Of a DNA stretch of 45,062 bases, positions 1 through 14,189 are shown piece by piece. The stretch comes from Conidiobolus incongruus B7586 (lineage: Eukaryota): the NCBI GenBank assembly GCA_000697335.1, contig JNEM01010040.1:1-45062 (forward strand), given 5' to 3'. The notes below the pieces were generated by a model. It had not been told where the DNA came from and searched no databases. It saw only the letters and a list, made by a program, of their open reading frames with translations. Made by a program: the position numbers and the translations under genes. The first letter of the stretch is position 1; every line of letters starts with the position of its first letter.

Positions 1-440
1 ATTATTTTTATTTAGTTTTTAAAAGAAAATCTATTAATTATAAATTTTATATTAATTTTAACTAATATTATTTATATAGTTTGATTATATTTATTATTTT
101 ATTTAAAATATATAAATTAAAATGATAAATAATTTTTTGACTATAAATAATTAGAAAAACATAATATATTATATATATTCATTATATTATAACTTACATA
201 ATTATATTTATTTTAGGTAATTAAGAAAATAATCATATAAGAGGTAATTATCTATATATAAGTTTAATTAAAGTATTAATTATTAAATTTCATTTTTTGA
301 TAATAAATTATATTTTAAAGATTAAAGTTTTATTAAAGATATGGCAAAAAATTATTAATATAGGAGAGTATTAATTTTATATTATATATTTATTTATTTT
401 TATTCTCAAAAAAGTCACTATTTAAAATCTAGATTAATAA
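1..440 (+). repeat. Copy 1 of an AT-rich dispersed repeat (truncated by the window start)
   Basis: Colinear by eye with 28600-29070: 'tttagtttttaaaagaaaat' near the start and 'gcaaaaa.ttattaata...gagagtattaattttatattatatatt' near the end occur in both. Boundaries approximate. Confidence 0.6.
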
Positions 441-2268
441 GTAAAAATATCTTAGTGTAAACAACTTTTAAAAAGAAATTTTGAAATTTCAAATTATTTA
501 ACAAACTAATATCCTTTATTATAAATCATTATTAAACAAAATTTATCATGTTATGGGATTAAGTCTAATATATTTTTATAATTATACTGTGCCTTGCAAT
601 ATGGTGACAAGGGTTCTGATTGGGGATTATAGATCATTTGCCAAAACTCTTACTACCATTTTGAACAGCACTTTATAATAAATCTAGGATTTAAAAATTT
701 AGATAAATATTATTACTTGAAGCTTATATTATATTATCAAATTGACAAACTAAATCAAACTTCTCTAAAATACATTTCAACTCTAATAAATAAAAAATTT
801 GTTTGTTGCCTGAATTTCGTCATAAAATGATATTTGAATTTCTAAATTAAATATCAACCAATTATAATAGATAAAGAGTGACTATCTAAAAAATATAACC
901 GAGTGACATCACTAATCATATGTTATTTTGATCTCCTTTGTTCTGATAATATTTTTGAATATTATGTAAATAAAGAAGTAACTTATGATTTTTTTACCAC
1001 CCGCAATTTTATAAAAATTTGCGAGGGATATCTTGTCATATTTATATTTATATATTAATCCTAATTTTAATATTTGGGTAATTTCATATTTCAATCTTAA
1101 CTATAAAATTTACCAATAAATTTTAACCGAATTTGACATTATTGAATTTCTATCTGATTATCATATGAAGTTCAAATATATTAGTTCTTAATCAATTGTC
1201 AGCTTTACATTTTACTCTCCATAGTTATATTTTAAAAAATTATTTGGATAATTTATTAAAGTATCTATCTTGATCAAAATAATGAACCATTTTAGTAAAA
1301 ATTATAGCATTATATTATTAAATTTTAAATATAGTTTGAATAGGTATTTGATATAATAATAAGTAGCAATTTGAGTTCTGATTACGTAATTATTCATAAT
1401 GATAATATGAAATTATATTTTAAATTAGAAATATCATTAGTTAAACCTATTATTTGAATAATTATCATCTGTGAAAAAGTAAAATAATAGAAATAATTTA
1501 ATAGATAAAACTGTATCTATATATTAGATACTCATTTTGAAACAATTAAGATATTTATTTAATACCAGTAGCTTAGTATGATTTATAGTTTTCGAAGATA
1601 GACCAAAATTATTTCTATAAATTGATTAAATATTGACTAGGAGTCAAATATCCATTTAATTTTTTAAAATAAATAATTTCAAAATCATATGAATATGAAT
1701 TAATTAATTTTAAATACTATAAAAATATGAGGATATTATATTTGATAATAAGTACAACCTTTGTATTATATAAATCAATAGGGCATCTAATCATTGATAT
1801 AATAGATACTTATCTTTAACATGCATTTTTAAAACAATTTTCAGCCAATTTTGTGGCATATTTGTTTAGTATATAAAATCGCCCTTGAATCCAATCAACA
1901 CTTGAATTTGGTAATAGATGATTAAAACGAACCTTAAAACTCATATATTTATAATTTATTATGCGCTTAACATTTTCAGGACTTAATATAATTTTAAGAT
2001 TAATATAATATTAAAATATTAAAAAAAAATACATTTAATTAATGTATGAATTGGGAATTGGATGGAGGTTTTATTGGACTTAATCAAAATTAATTCCAAA
2101 TATTAATCCAATAAAATGCAAGTCCCTTAATGAAAAAAGGAAATTGTCAAATGATCACTCATCCAATGCTAGTCATGCCTTTTCCAAAAACCTATATAAG
2201 CTTCATCTTTTTCATTTATTCATTTTAATTTTCTCATTGATACCATTACCCATTGCTCAATTCAAAAT

Positions 2269-4982
2269 ATGTCCAATTTACCCTCTACCCTACCTATTCT
2301 ACCCACTTTCAATAAAGTATTGTTCCCTGGACTTATTGTTAAATTACATATTGCAGCAGATCCCAAATTACTAAAAGCTGGGACCGGTGCGAATAAAGGA
2401 AGTCCGATGATAAATTATTTGTTTGAAAGTTTTAAAAATAGTCCCCACCAAGTTACTTTAGCTTGTGCCCCTGTTTCTGTTGATAATGTAAAATCTTCTA
2501 ACTCTCCAGATTATTATAACGAATTCAATTTTGATAAATTAAAATCAGCATTAATTAATTCTTACGTGTGTTCAGCCAAAATTATCTCTATTACTCCTTC
2601 TAACTTAATTAAGGATGGATTCTTACTCGTGTTGGAAGGTAATTTATATTTACAATATTTTTCATTTTGAAATTAACTTGGCTTTCTTTAAGGTGTCTCA
2701 AGAGCTCAAGTAACTAAAGTCGTTTCAAATGACCCGGACTTACCAAGAGTAAATTTGAAGTATATTCCAGAACAAGGTAAATGAATTAGCTTAAATTTTA
2801 TTGTGTTTAATAAAAACTAACTGGATTAATTTAATATTAGCTTCTGGTACTTTAGATACCGAAGGAAAAGTATTATATGCTCAACTCAAATCCCATGCTA
2901 GGGATATTATTGCCAACCTGAAAGAATTACGTTTGCCGCTATTGGTAGCAAATCAGCTTAGACAGTTAATCGACAAATCTTCAGCTGCATTGCTCTGTGA
3001 TCTATTGGTCACTTTATTGGATTTGAAATTTGAAGACCAGTTAGTTATTTTCAATGCTATTAACCTGAATCAAAGATTAAAACTAGCAATTGAATTAGTC
3101 AAAACTGATTTACAGGTAAATCTAAAATTAATTTTATTTGCTATTTATCTAACCACTATTGCTATTTATATAGGTTTTAAAAAATAAAGCAAAGGAAAGA
3201 ACTTATAATAAATCTACCGCCATTGGTCGTATCAAATCTGTAAGTTAAATAACACTATATAACAGATTTGATTTAATCATTTATGTTTAGAATCGATCTA
3301 AGCATTGGAGCGATCAGGCCGAGAGCGAAGATGATAATGATCTTGCCGATTTAAAATCCAAACTATCTAAAACTCAACTACCCGAAGAAGTTCAGATCAT
3401 TGTAGATAAAGAAATGAAGCGACTCAAGGCAATGCAACCATCTATGGCTGACTATCAAGTGATTCGCAATTATTTAGAAACTCTATCAGAAATTCCTTGG
3501 AATATCTCTTCCCCTGAAGTAATCGATATTGCTAAGGCCAAACAGCAATTGGATAGCGATCATTTCGGCATGGATAAGATTAAGAAGAGAATTTTGGAAT
3601 ATTTGTCAGTTTGTAAGCTTAGAAAGGATATGAAGGGTCCCATCATCTGTCTCGTAGGACCTCCTGGTGTCGGTAAAACCTCTTTGGGAAAATCCATTGC
3701 TAATGCTCTTGGAAGGAAATTCCATCGTATATCCTTGGGTGGTATACGAGATGAAGCAGAAATTCGAGGACATCGCAGAACTTACGTTGGTTCAATGCCT
3801 GGTGTGATCATTCAAGGTTTAAAGAAATGCGGTGTCAATAATCCTGTTTTCCTTTTGGATGAGGTTGATAAACTCTGCAATGGATCCCATCAGGGCGATC
3901 CTGCTGCTGCTTTATTAGAAGTATTGGATCCTGAACAGAATAACACGTTTGTTGATCATTACATTAATACTCCCGTTGATTTGAGTAAAGTGCTCTTCAT
4001 TGCTACCGCTAACGTTTTGAGTAATATGAGCGCTCCTCTGTTGGATCGTATGGAAGTTGTTGAATTGTCTGGATATACAATTAACGAGAAACGGCATATT
4101 GCTAAAAATCATTTAATTCCTAAGCAAGTTCAATCCCATGGTCTTACAAATGAATTATTTGAGGTGCCAGATGATACCCTTGGCGTCGTTATTTCTAGAT
4201 ATACTAGAGAAGCTGGTGTTCGAAATTTAGAAAGAACTATTGCTGCTTTATGTAGAGCAAAAGCTATGGACTACTCTCAGATCAATGAAGGTGATAAATT
4301 CGATAAGATTGTACATATTGACGATTTGGAGAATATTTTGGGTATTCCAAGGTTCCAGGAACGATTGGCAGACCAGAAACTTTTACCTGGTATGGCTATT
4401 GGAATGGTATATTCACAATCAGGATCTGGTGCCATTATGTTCTTAGAAGCTACTCAAATGCCAGGCACTGGAAAACTTGTTTTAACAGGAAAACTGGGTG
4501 AAGTTTTAAAGGAATCTGCCCAAATTGCACTTAGCTGGACCAAATCAAATGCTTATCATTTGGGACTGTGCCCTGATCCATCCACCAATCTTTTAGAAAA
4601 TTTGGATATTCATATTCATTTACCTGAAGGCGCAACTCCAAAAGATGGTCCTAGTGCCGGTATTACTCTTGTCAGTGCTTTGGTTTCCTTATTTTCTAAA
4701 ACCTCACTCCCCTCATATTTATCAATGACAGGAGAAATTTCATTAAGGGGCAAGGTATTGCCTGTAGGGGGAATTCGTGAAAAGGTGATCAGTGCACATC
4801 GTGCAGGGATTAAAACAATAATTTTACCCGAAATGAATCGCAAAGATGTGAATCACCAAGATTTACCTGATGAAGTTTTCCAAGATATTCAATTTTACTT
4901 TGTATCTCACATTACTCAAGTATTGGAAATTTTATTCCAAAAGAAATTTAAATCCAAATTAGATTTAATTTCAAGACTTTAA
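2269..4982 (+). CDS. LONP2: Peroxisomal Lon protease (LONP2/Pln), 5 exons, 828 aa
   Basis: Exons 2269-2638, 2693-2776, 2841-3115, 3174-3239, 3291-4982 splice in frame via GT-AG introns. Lon N-domain start (LPILP..VLFPG), Walker A GPPGVGKT, Walker B FLLDEVDK, catalytic PKDGPSAG and VGGIREK, C-terminal PTS1 SRL*. Confidence 0.96.
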
Positions 4983-6082
4983 TCATTTTGTATAATAAAA
5001 TTGTTGTTTCTTTTTAATATAGCTATGATCATTAAATTCATTGATAATTTCTAATAAAAAATTGATCTTTGGCTATCATACTGTTCAATTTTAATAATTT
5101 ATTTTTGTTAAATTATCAAGTTATCGTAAAAATCAACCATAAATATCTAGATATACAAAAAACGAATAAATGATTTCCTTTCAAAAACTCATATATAGCT
5201 TAATTAAAAAAAATAAAAATATTAAAATTGTGATAAAATTTTAATTAACAAAATATAGTGATTGAAATTATTTTAAATTCATTAAACAATGATTTGTCGA
5301 GTTATCATGAAAAATTCAAAGAAAATTAATCATTATAAAATCAAATTTTCAAAAAATATTTCTTATATAATTATGGTCTTATAAATATCATATTCTGAAA
5401 TATTTCAGTTAGTATTTTCTCTTAAAAATCTGGTCTATAAATTTTAGAATAATAAAAATATACAGCTATATCAAATATAAGTTTGATTTTTTTTGAATAG
5501 ATGTAATTGGATATAAATTTTTAAATGTTGAGCTACTATTTCTTCATTACATTAAATATAATTTTGATTGTATAATATTTAATACTGATCATTATAATGA
5601 CTCCTACGGAGAAATCATATATTTATGAATAGATTTTTCTGTCATAGTAAAATTGTTTTTCCAAAATTACTTATTTAAAAAGTAAGTATTGATAACATTA
5701 CATAGATTTTTGTTATGTAATATTCCCTTTTTAAAAACCAAATTTTGCAGTAATATTAGCAAACTATAAATGAAATTGATTCATTAATTTAGAAATATGT
5801 CTTTAAACTCAATAAATATTAAGAATGATCAAGTTTTAAAATTAAAATAAAGAAAATATAGATACTTGATAAAGTATAGAAAGATTAAAAAAATCAAAAA
5901 TATTATCATTAAATAACAAATAGTGCATTCAATAAAATTTATTAAAGCTAAAACTGCATCATAGTAAAAATTGATACTAAATCTTACAAATACTAATTAT
6001 TCAAAAAAGTTTATGAGCTATAATGATAGTGTAATTTTGATTGTTTTTGAATTTGCAGCAATTCAAAATAAATAATGCGTTT

Positions 6083-9000
6083 TTATGAGAGATCAAAGCT
6101 ACGTTGACCTTCCTCGATGGCTTGGAGGAGTCGCATCTTCAAAACCTCTCGGGAGGAGTATTGGGGAAGTTTGAAGTAATTTCTGCATGTCATAACAGAT
6201 GGAAGATAGTCGTCCGAAGTGAGTGGGAATTCGGGGTCTTTGCGAACTATAGTGAAGATTGGATTCAGAGCTTTGAAGCCACCAATCGGGAGACGTGGAC
6301 TTCCTGTGACGAATTGAAGGAATAGTCGCTTTTGAGCTTGGTCAAAGTTAGAGAGTGTCTCAAGGAATTGGGTGATAATGGGACTTGCCATGGTGTATCC
6401 GTGGTTGGTTTGAATACTTTCAATGAGGGTAGCCAAACTCCAGTCTTCCTGGTCGCCACTGCCCAAAAGATTGGAAATTTCGTCATCGGTGAATATTTTC
6501 ATGTATTTAACATCTGAATAAATGTTAAAGCCTTCGGTAAATGCATCGATTGCCCATTGAATACCGATAGTCAAAGTCCAGTCGAGCACAAGATCAAAGT
6601 ATTCCTTAATATTTTTGGATGAAACATCAGAATGTGAAGTATCTAGTTGAATATCATTATAACCTGGGATCTCAAAACTGAGGCCTAAATTATCAATTTC
6701 ACTAGCTGTTGGAGAGTTGCTGAGTTCATAAAGACCATTCAAAGATTGGTAGGTCATAGGATCAATGGTTGAAAGTAATTTCAGCTTTTGCTCCAATGTA
6801 GTAAGAGGGACTTGAGATGTATTAAAAGTCCCAAATACTTTGCGAATGAAATGATGATTCAAAGGTAAATCTATAATACGATTATCAGCTAAAGCCTTGG
6901 CCACCAAGCCTCCAAGGAGCCTCATATGTTGATATTTCTTTATGTGGCTTGGGTTATCGGGGTTGAATTGAAGAGGTCGAGGAAAGAGTCCTTTTTGGTT
7001 ATACACATACTCAGAAGAGTTGTTCAAGCTACTATCCACACGCCACAGGTCATACTGAATCATTTGCAATTCTTGGAATGAGAGGGAGAAAAACTCACTA
7101 GTAGGACCTCGACCTGTTCCAACTTCGCCAGTGAATTGGATTTCTAGAATTGCATCCTTGGAAGCCAAAGAATGCAGGATACTTTGAGCATTGGCCAGAA
7201 TATCTTCTCTAGTGATTTGTCGTTTGCAACGATGAAATCGAATTTCAGAATGGCGTTGAGAAAGGTTTCTGTGAAGAATGCTAATTGGGTTGGATGTAGG
7301 TAAAACTGATTTTTTGCGCAAGACCCAAGCAATTGCAGAGTTAATACCAAATGCAGAAGATTTGACGAACTCAAAACGTGTGCTAAAAGGTAATAAAAAT
7401 GGATATTCGGTAATGATAGTGGTACACCAACTGGGAAGATATTTGGTGACTGCAAGAAAATCTTCTCCCAATTGACGGTTCACCTTAGATGTGAGCCTCG
7501 AATTGATAAATGCTTTGGATTCAATTACATCTTGGAAAATATTTAGCGAGTTGGAATAATTGGATCTGTCAAACTGGCTGAGATAAGGTAGATATACCAT
7601 TTGGCTTTCATATGCAATCCTGTTGAAGATTTGAATCAAATCTATAATGTTTTTGCAAGATATGGGCTTAAATATATTTAGCTTATCAGTAAATTCGCTC
7701 TTTGAAGAATTGATTTGATCTGCCTCTTCACGAGAAATCTTCTTGTAGCGTAACGTTGGTGTAGATGTGCTAAGACGCATGTTGGGATTGTCACTAACCA
7801 AGCGCTTATAAGCTAAACAGTAGATCTGATAAATAGAGATATCACTAGGAACAGGAATATCGTTTAAATAAATTTGAACACAATTTTCATTTTGCTCACG
7901 TTTTAGAATGTTGGCATAGGATGAAGAGCTAGAGCTTGGTTGGTTAGATTTAGAAGAGGATTGGATGTCACGAGAGATTTCAATATCCACGGGAGATCGA
8001 CTGGATGATTGATGCGATGAACTAGAAGCGCCAGGCTTATGTCTTTGATAGGATTGGATATATTCTGCTAGAACTCTAACGGTGAATCTGGAAAGAATCT
8101 TGGTCATATATGATGGTGCTTGATCTTCATCAACAGGCTCAACTAAGATACGCAGTTGGTGATCCAAGTTACTCAAAGTAAAGGGGTGATGATAGGGAAC
8201 AAGTTTGGGAGATTGGTGAACAAAATCTTCTGCAAGATCTAACTGCGATTGCAAGTAGGAAATCAAAGTAGAAAAGAATTTAGGATATTTCAAGCATGTG
8301 GTGAAAACAGCAAGATATCTTTTCGAGACCTTGGGTTTAGAAGATTCATGTTTGAGACATTCAAGAAGTGTATCAAATATTTGGCTGATCCTCAATTCAA
8401 AGTTAGTGGGTTGATCGAAATCCTTATACTGACCAAGTAATAGCTTAGCAAAAGTATCAATACTTTGTTCAAATTTAGACTGAGTATTATTAATAGAGAA
8501 ACGGTCCTTCAATTTACTGAGCAACTGAGAAATTTCAGAGCACTGAGTATTAAAGAACTGAGATGATAGGTGGTCAACTCGGAAAAGAATATTCTTGACC
8601 AAATCTGGCTTTTCTTGTGGTGGAATATTATTATAGCCAGCTGCAGATAAGGGATTAGCCATCATACGGTTCATGATAGCAAATAGTTCAGATTGACTTG
8701 GAATACCATGATGCGACTGGTCAAACTCTGCTCTGGATCGTGATATCAGTGAATGAAGGTCGACTAATGAATGGGTGGTGTTCTGGGCAGAACTGGAAGA
8801 TTCATTATTAGTAGTTGTTTCAGTAGTATTTTGTTTATCTTGATCACTCTCGGATTTAGATACCTGATACACATTACTCATCTTTTCAATCTCATAAAAA
8901 ACGCCTTCTCTTGATAACTTAGTATTATAATCGCTTATTTTACATAATAGGATTTGGGTAATCTGTAGCCCACGGATTGCTAAGTAAGGATGCTCATGTT

Positions 9001-11360
9001 TGTTAAATATCATGGAGAGGAATTCTCCAAAATTAATGGAATGAAGCACGTGATTGGGGTTTTGAGGATTTGAAAAGTGTATCGATTTGAGTAATATGGT
9101 GAGGATCTTATAACGAACGTTAGAGTCATTACAAGTGGGATATGCTTCGATAAGGACAGGAAGCATCTTTTCAGTGAACTTTTCAATTAGACTGATGTGA
9201 CTGGAGTCAAACTTATTCTTGTATGCTTCTTCAGGATCTTCAAGGTTCTCCGAATTGGGTTCATAGTAATTGGAACCTAACTTTTCAGGATCTAATGAAA
9301 ATATACCAGTTGCTGGAAGTGTAGGAAGAAGACTGAACGCTAAATCCAGTATATCTGAAGTCTGATTTAAATCTTTAGAAGACATCGTATTAAACACCAT
9401 ACGCGATATCGAAGATGAATTAGTTTCAACTGAACCTCCTGTTGGATTTGATCCTACGAAATAAAAGTAAAGTATATCAAGAATACCAGATTCCATTAAA
9501 TGAATTGATATGGAATCTGATCTCCTTGAAATATCCGTAAACATCTTGATAATCCTACTATTAGGACGAAAGTTATTCTGTTGTTCAAAGTTGGGTTTGA
9601 GAAGATTAATAAGATTCGTTCGTATTGATTCATTTAATAAATTCGACAAATTATCTGGATCTTCTTTGAATGGATCAATAATTCGAGTAATACAAAGACA
9701 AGCGTTTTCAACTACTATCTTGTCAGGAAACTCAAGAACTCTCTCTAATATTGGCATAACTTCAAGAATCATTGGTAAATGCTCAGATTTTAACATTCGA
9801 CAAGAATAAGCTGCAGCTTGAGAAGCGTGTCGTTGAGCATCAGTACTGAAGAAATCAATATATCTTAAAAGCGAAACCAAGCCACCATGTTCGACAACTT
9901 GGTCAGGAAATTCTTGAGATACTTTTTCCATACATTTGAGAACTTCTTCAGCCTGTTCAATGTATTCAATTTGATTTAATTTTTCAATAAATAATGGCAA
10001 TGCACCATTTCGAACAATTAAGCGTGATAAACTGGGAACACCTTCCATTAAAGCGTCCAAACAACGCAGGGCAGAAATAACCTTATCAATTTGTGCAGTT
10101 TCTGTAGCCATGCCGAATTCAGCATCTTCCAATCCAGTATAAAAGCCATCTTGGTTGGATTTGATATGATTAATCAATAAAGGGATGAGAGTATTATATC
10201 CTGAATAATTCGACATGGTTTCTTCAGTATTCATTTGTAGAAATAGACTAATTTGTTGCAATATTAAATTTTGTGTTTCGCTATCTGGAGCTTCAGAAAG
10301 TTGTGATTTTAATAATTCTAATTCTGTTGCAAAAGAACGAGAATTGTCCATGCCACCAGTATTAAATGATCCACTCGAGTGATGGCTGGACATATAACGG
10401 ATATTGCGTTCAGGATACAAGTCATCTCCAAGGTGTTCGTCGTCGTCTTCATCATCATAGTCATATTCGTCGATATCTTCATCTATATCGTCATTTTCGC
10501 TCCCTTCTTCATCATGGTTCATTTCATCATTGCCACTATCTTCTTCATCATGATCCATTTCGTCATTATCTGAATTTTGATGTCCAAATAAATGGATATC
10601 AGTATCTTGTAAATCATTATCAGAGTTATCATCGATGATGATCGGTTCGGCGGATTCATTCAAGTCATTGTCAGCTATTCCATCAAAATAATTAGTATCA
10701 TAATGAAAGGACCCATTTTTAAACTAAGAAAATAATAAAAACATACCAGAATTATTGTTGAAAGAGTTGACTAAATCAATAGCTTGGGTGAAGGATAGGC
10801 GATTAGTGGAAGTTGTAGTAGCATTTCGGGAAGTTTGGTCAACTTCTTGGTTATCTTGATAAACTGTAAATGTTTCCGATCGATTAACCCTAGAATTGGA
10901 AGAATTTATTGGGTTATAAATATTTCCCGGTCTTAAAATTTCAAAATGTTAATAATTTTGAAAGAGAATGAATCTTAAATACTTACAAATTTTGATCAGA
11001 CTCGAAAGAGTGAGATTGATCTTGAGACATAGACAAATGATCAGAGTTTAAAATATTCGAATGACGGTTTGAGCGAGTTTTCCTTGGACTCTTTTGGGAT
11101 TTACTCACAGGTGAAAGGGTTCGATTTCTTTTGTTGGCAGATCTTAATACAGGAGGGGAATGTCTACGTGACGAATACCTATTAATAAATTGAAAACTTT
11201 GTTAGTTCACTGGAATATTAATTTAATAGTAATTTTTAAAGGAATGTAAATTTGAATTGAGAAGAAAAAGCTGGACCGGGGAATACCTTGAGGGTTTTCT
11301 ATTGGAATTGGTTTGAGAGTTAGAGTTGGTAGAAGTGTTATAATTATTTTCTGAATCCAT
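6083..11360 (-). CDS. UFD4: HECT E3 ubiquitin ligase, Ufd4/TRIP12 family, 4 coding exons, 1680 aa
   Basis: Exons 11360-11287, 11178-10987, 10931-10747, 10674-6083 splice in frame. ARM-like region (IEYIEQAEEVLKCMEKVS, YIDFFSTDAQR), HECT motifs GEVGTGRGPTSEFF, FLQFVTGSPRLPIGG, catalytic LPSVMTCRNYFKLP, C-terminus EEGQRSFDLS. Confidence 0.95.
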
Positions 11361-11364
11361 TAAA

Positions 11365-11561
11365 CTTAATGTCAGTAATAGTAACTAACGAATACAAGTT
11401 TAAAAAAAATTTTTGAATAAATTGGAATTTCTAAATAGATTGAGAGATTATTATTTATGACAGAAGATAATGTAAAAATTGAGATGGATACTAGTAATTG
11501 AACTTGTCTGAGATCAAAGCTTGCAAAACAAAAATGAATCTAGTAATTATTTTCTACTCAC
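11365..11561 (-). other. Probable 5'-UTR intron of UFD4 (197 nt)
   Basis: Minus strand has a consensus donor CAG|GTGAGT at 11561, branch-like ACTGAC and acceptor TTAAG at 11365, 4 nt before the ATG. Confidence 0.55.
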
Positions 11562-13633
11562 CTGTTTTTCAAAATTAACAGAAAAATGATAATAAAGAGT
11601 TTAAAAATTCTATTAATTAGATTCTTATTTAAATTTGAAAAACGAATGACAAGAAAAAATAAGAAAAATAATAAAATGAATAACAAATATATATTATCAT
11701 AAAACTTTCATAATCCCTGATGCAAATTTATAATTTACTGATTTAAACTTACTGACCAATAAAAATGAAAAATCAATAATAAGAAAATCACTTATTGGAT
11801 TGATTCATATATTGCTTATATCATAATGAAAATAAAAAATTTATTCAAGATTTCTTCAGAATTAAAATGAAAATTGACTTTTAAGTGATGCATTAATTTA
11901 CAATTGTGTACTATGATTGTGACTGGAAATGAGGTTTATTTTAATAATATACTTGTAGAATTAACTTTTTATTATTAATACTTGAATAAACTGTCACATC
12001 ATCAATTTTTTTCCCATACAAAATTTCCTCAACCTTGCATTTTATTGGTTAAAACTAATTATAGTAATTTGGAACTGACTAGCTATTATTAATAAAGTTG
12101 TTTATTTATCATATAATTATTAAGGGAAAATTGAAAAAAATTATTAATAATATTATTTTGGCCAATTAAAATGATATGGGATAATTCATTGTTTAGTTGT
12201 GTCATAGCTGAAAAGATTAATAAAGATGGATATGTAATAAATAATACTAATGTAATGGCTTTAACAGGTTTCGCAAATACTGACATTTATCAATATTACG
12301 TTTACACTACAAATATCAAATATGAACACCAGTGCTCTTCAATTCCAATTAAAATACAGTTATAATAAAGATATTTTCATCGCCCAATAAAGACTTTAAC
12401 AGAATTTCCACTTGATCTAAGCACACCTATCAGTAATTAATCAAAGTCAAAATAAACTATCAATTGCATCACAGATACTTGGGCATTATAATATTATTTA
12501 GATTAAAAAAATATAGTATTAAATACATTATAATTATTCTTAGTCAAATATAAATTATTCTAATTATATTTATACCTCCAAAATACAAAGACAAGTTGGA
12601 ATATCATTAAGTAATCTTAGATATTGGGTTAAAATTACTAAGTTTAATAGTACACACTCCAGGTAAATTTAGACATTACTAGGTTTTTGATATTAAACAA
12701 CTTTTAAACAAGAGAAAAATAACATTTAAACAAAATATAATATATCATAGTCTTTTTAAAAAACTAAAGACAAATACTTTATTAATAATCTTAATACTTA
12801 AAAAATGATTTTTAAAATTCTGACTATTTGGGGTAATAAATCAAAATTTAATTTGGTTTTAATACAATATTTAAAAATAGATATTTATATTATAAATCTA
12901 TATTTGAAAAATTAATTATCAATGAAAAAAATCATGATATTATATATGTTAAATCAAAAGATTATAAATATTAATCAACAAAAATTTATAGATTACCCTT
13001 TTATAATCTGTAATTATTTTGTATTAAAATAAACAATATCAAATAATTAACTGAAATATAAATACTAATCAAAATTAATCAAATTTTTTTTATATTTAAA
13101 TAAAAATATAATATTTTTAAATATTAAAATAACCTTGAATAAGTGTTTTTTATGCTGATGATTATAATATATTTTGAATAAATTAATTATTATATATTTA
13201 AATACAAATTATTATAAAATATTAAAGCTAAATATTATCAAAAACTTATAATATTTATCAAAAATATCAAATGATTTTTAAAAATTTTATAATACCAATT
13301 TTGAATATAAAAGAACAATTTATATTTTAGATATATAAATAAGAAATATATATTTGAGAAATTTATTTTTTAACTTGATTTAATATAATATTTAACTTAT
13401 TTAAAAAAATTCATATTTGAAAAAGTCAGTTATAATTATATAATTAAAATAAAATATTTTGTGAATTTTATTATTATATTCTAATATCAATAATTATTAA
13501 AACAAATAACAAAGCTTTTTTGGAAAAAAAATTAATAAAGAAATTACAAATTTTAATTTTTTAATAAATATATATATTTTTATTATAACTGGTTTTTATT
13601 AATTAATATGTTTCAAAATAAAAGGATACTTAG

Positions 13634-13655
13634 TATATATATATATATATATATA
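13634..13655. repeat. (TA)n microsatellite
   Basis: Pure TA run of 11 units. Confidence 0.9.
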
Positions 13656-14001
13656 CCTTTTAATAAACTATAAAAGATGTATTTTTGAAAAAAAATCTGA
13701 TATAGAAAAATTATAAATATTAATATATATAATTAACTATGTGAATTATTAGATATTATTATATCACTTCATTTAATGATCTTGAAACTCAAAAAAAAAT
13801 CAAAGATCTTATAATTATAATAAAAATAGAATTTACAAAAGAAATGTTTAGATAATTTTTTTAAAGATATAAACAAAGTTTACCTAGTAAAACAAAAAAA
13901 TACCTTTGGTGCAGAGTACTTATATATTGCAAATATCACACAAATTAATCATATGATTATGATTGATATTTATATATAAAAAGATAAATCAAAACATTAA
14001 T

Positions 14002-14189
14002 ATGCCAAAAACATACTCCTTTTCTTTTTGACAGCCAATCAAGCTAATTTCTAGGATTTGTGTTGAGGCCTAACCCTTGAAGTCTCCGGACTATATGTAG
14101 CACTTGGATAAAGGTAATCAAATTTGATCAACCTTGGACAACTTTATTTTTTAGCACTACTAAAGATTGTTTTGCATTTTGACAATTAA
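14002..14189 (+). mobile_element. Degenerate PIF1-family/Helitron helicase relic (motifs V-VI)
   Basis: One frame from 14028 reads LTANQANF*DLC*GLTLEVSGLYVALG*R*SNLINLGQLYFLALLKIV, preceded (one-base frameshift) by MPKTYSFS. This resembles the consensus FPxxxAFAMTINKSQGQTLxxVGLYL...FSHGQLYVALSRV. Confidence 0.45.

Noticed and set aside
11179..11286. U12-type intron in UFD4 (donor GTATTCCC)
   Set aside because: The donor is not GTATCCTT and a U2-type ACTAAC branch site is present.
12089..12490. Overlapping 64-65-aa ORFs in a slightly GC-richer intergenic patch
   Set aside because: No recognisable motif or convincing splice structure; at most an unidentifiable remnant.
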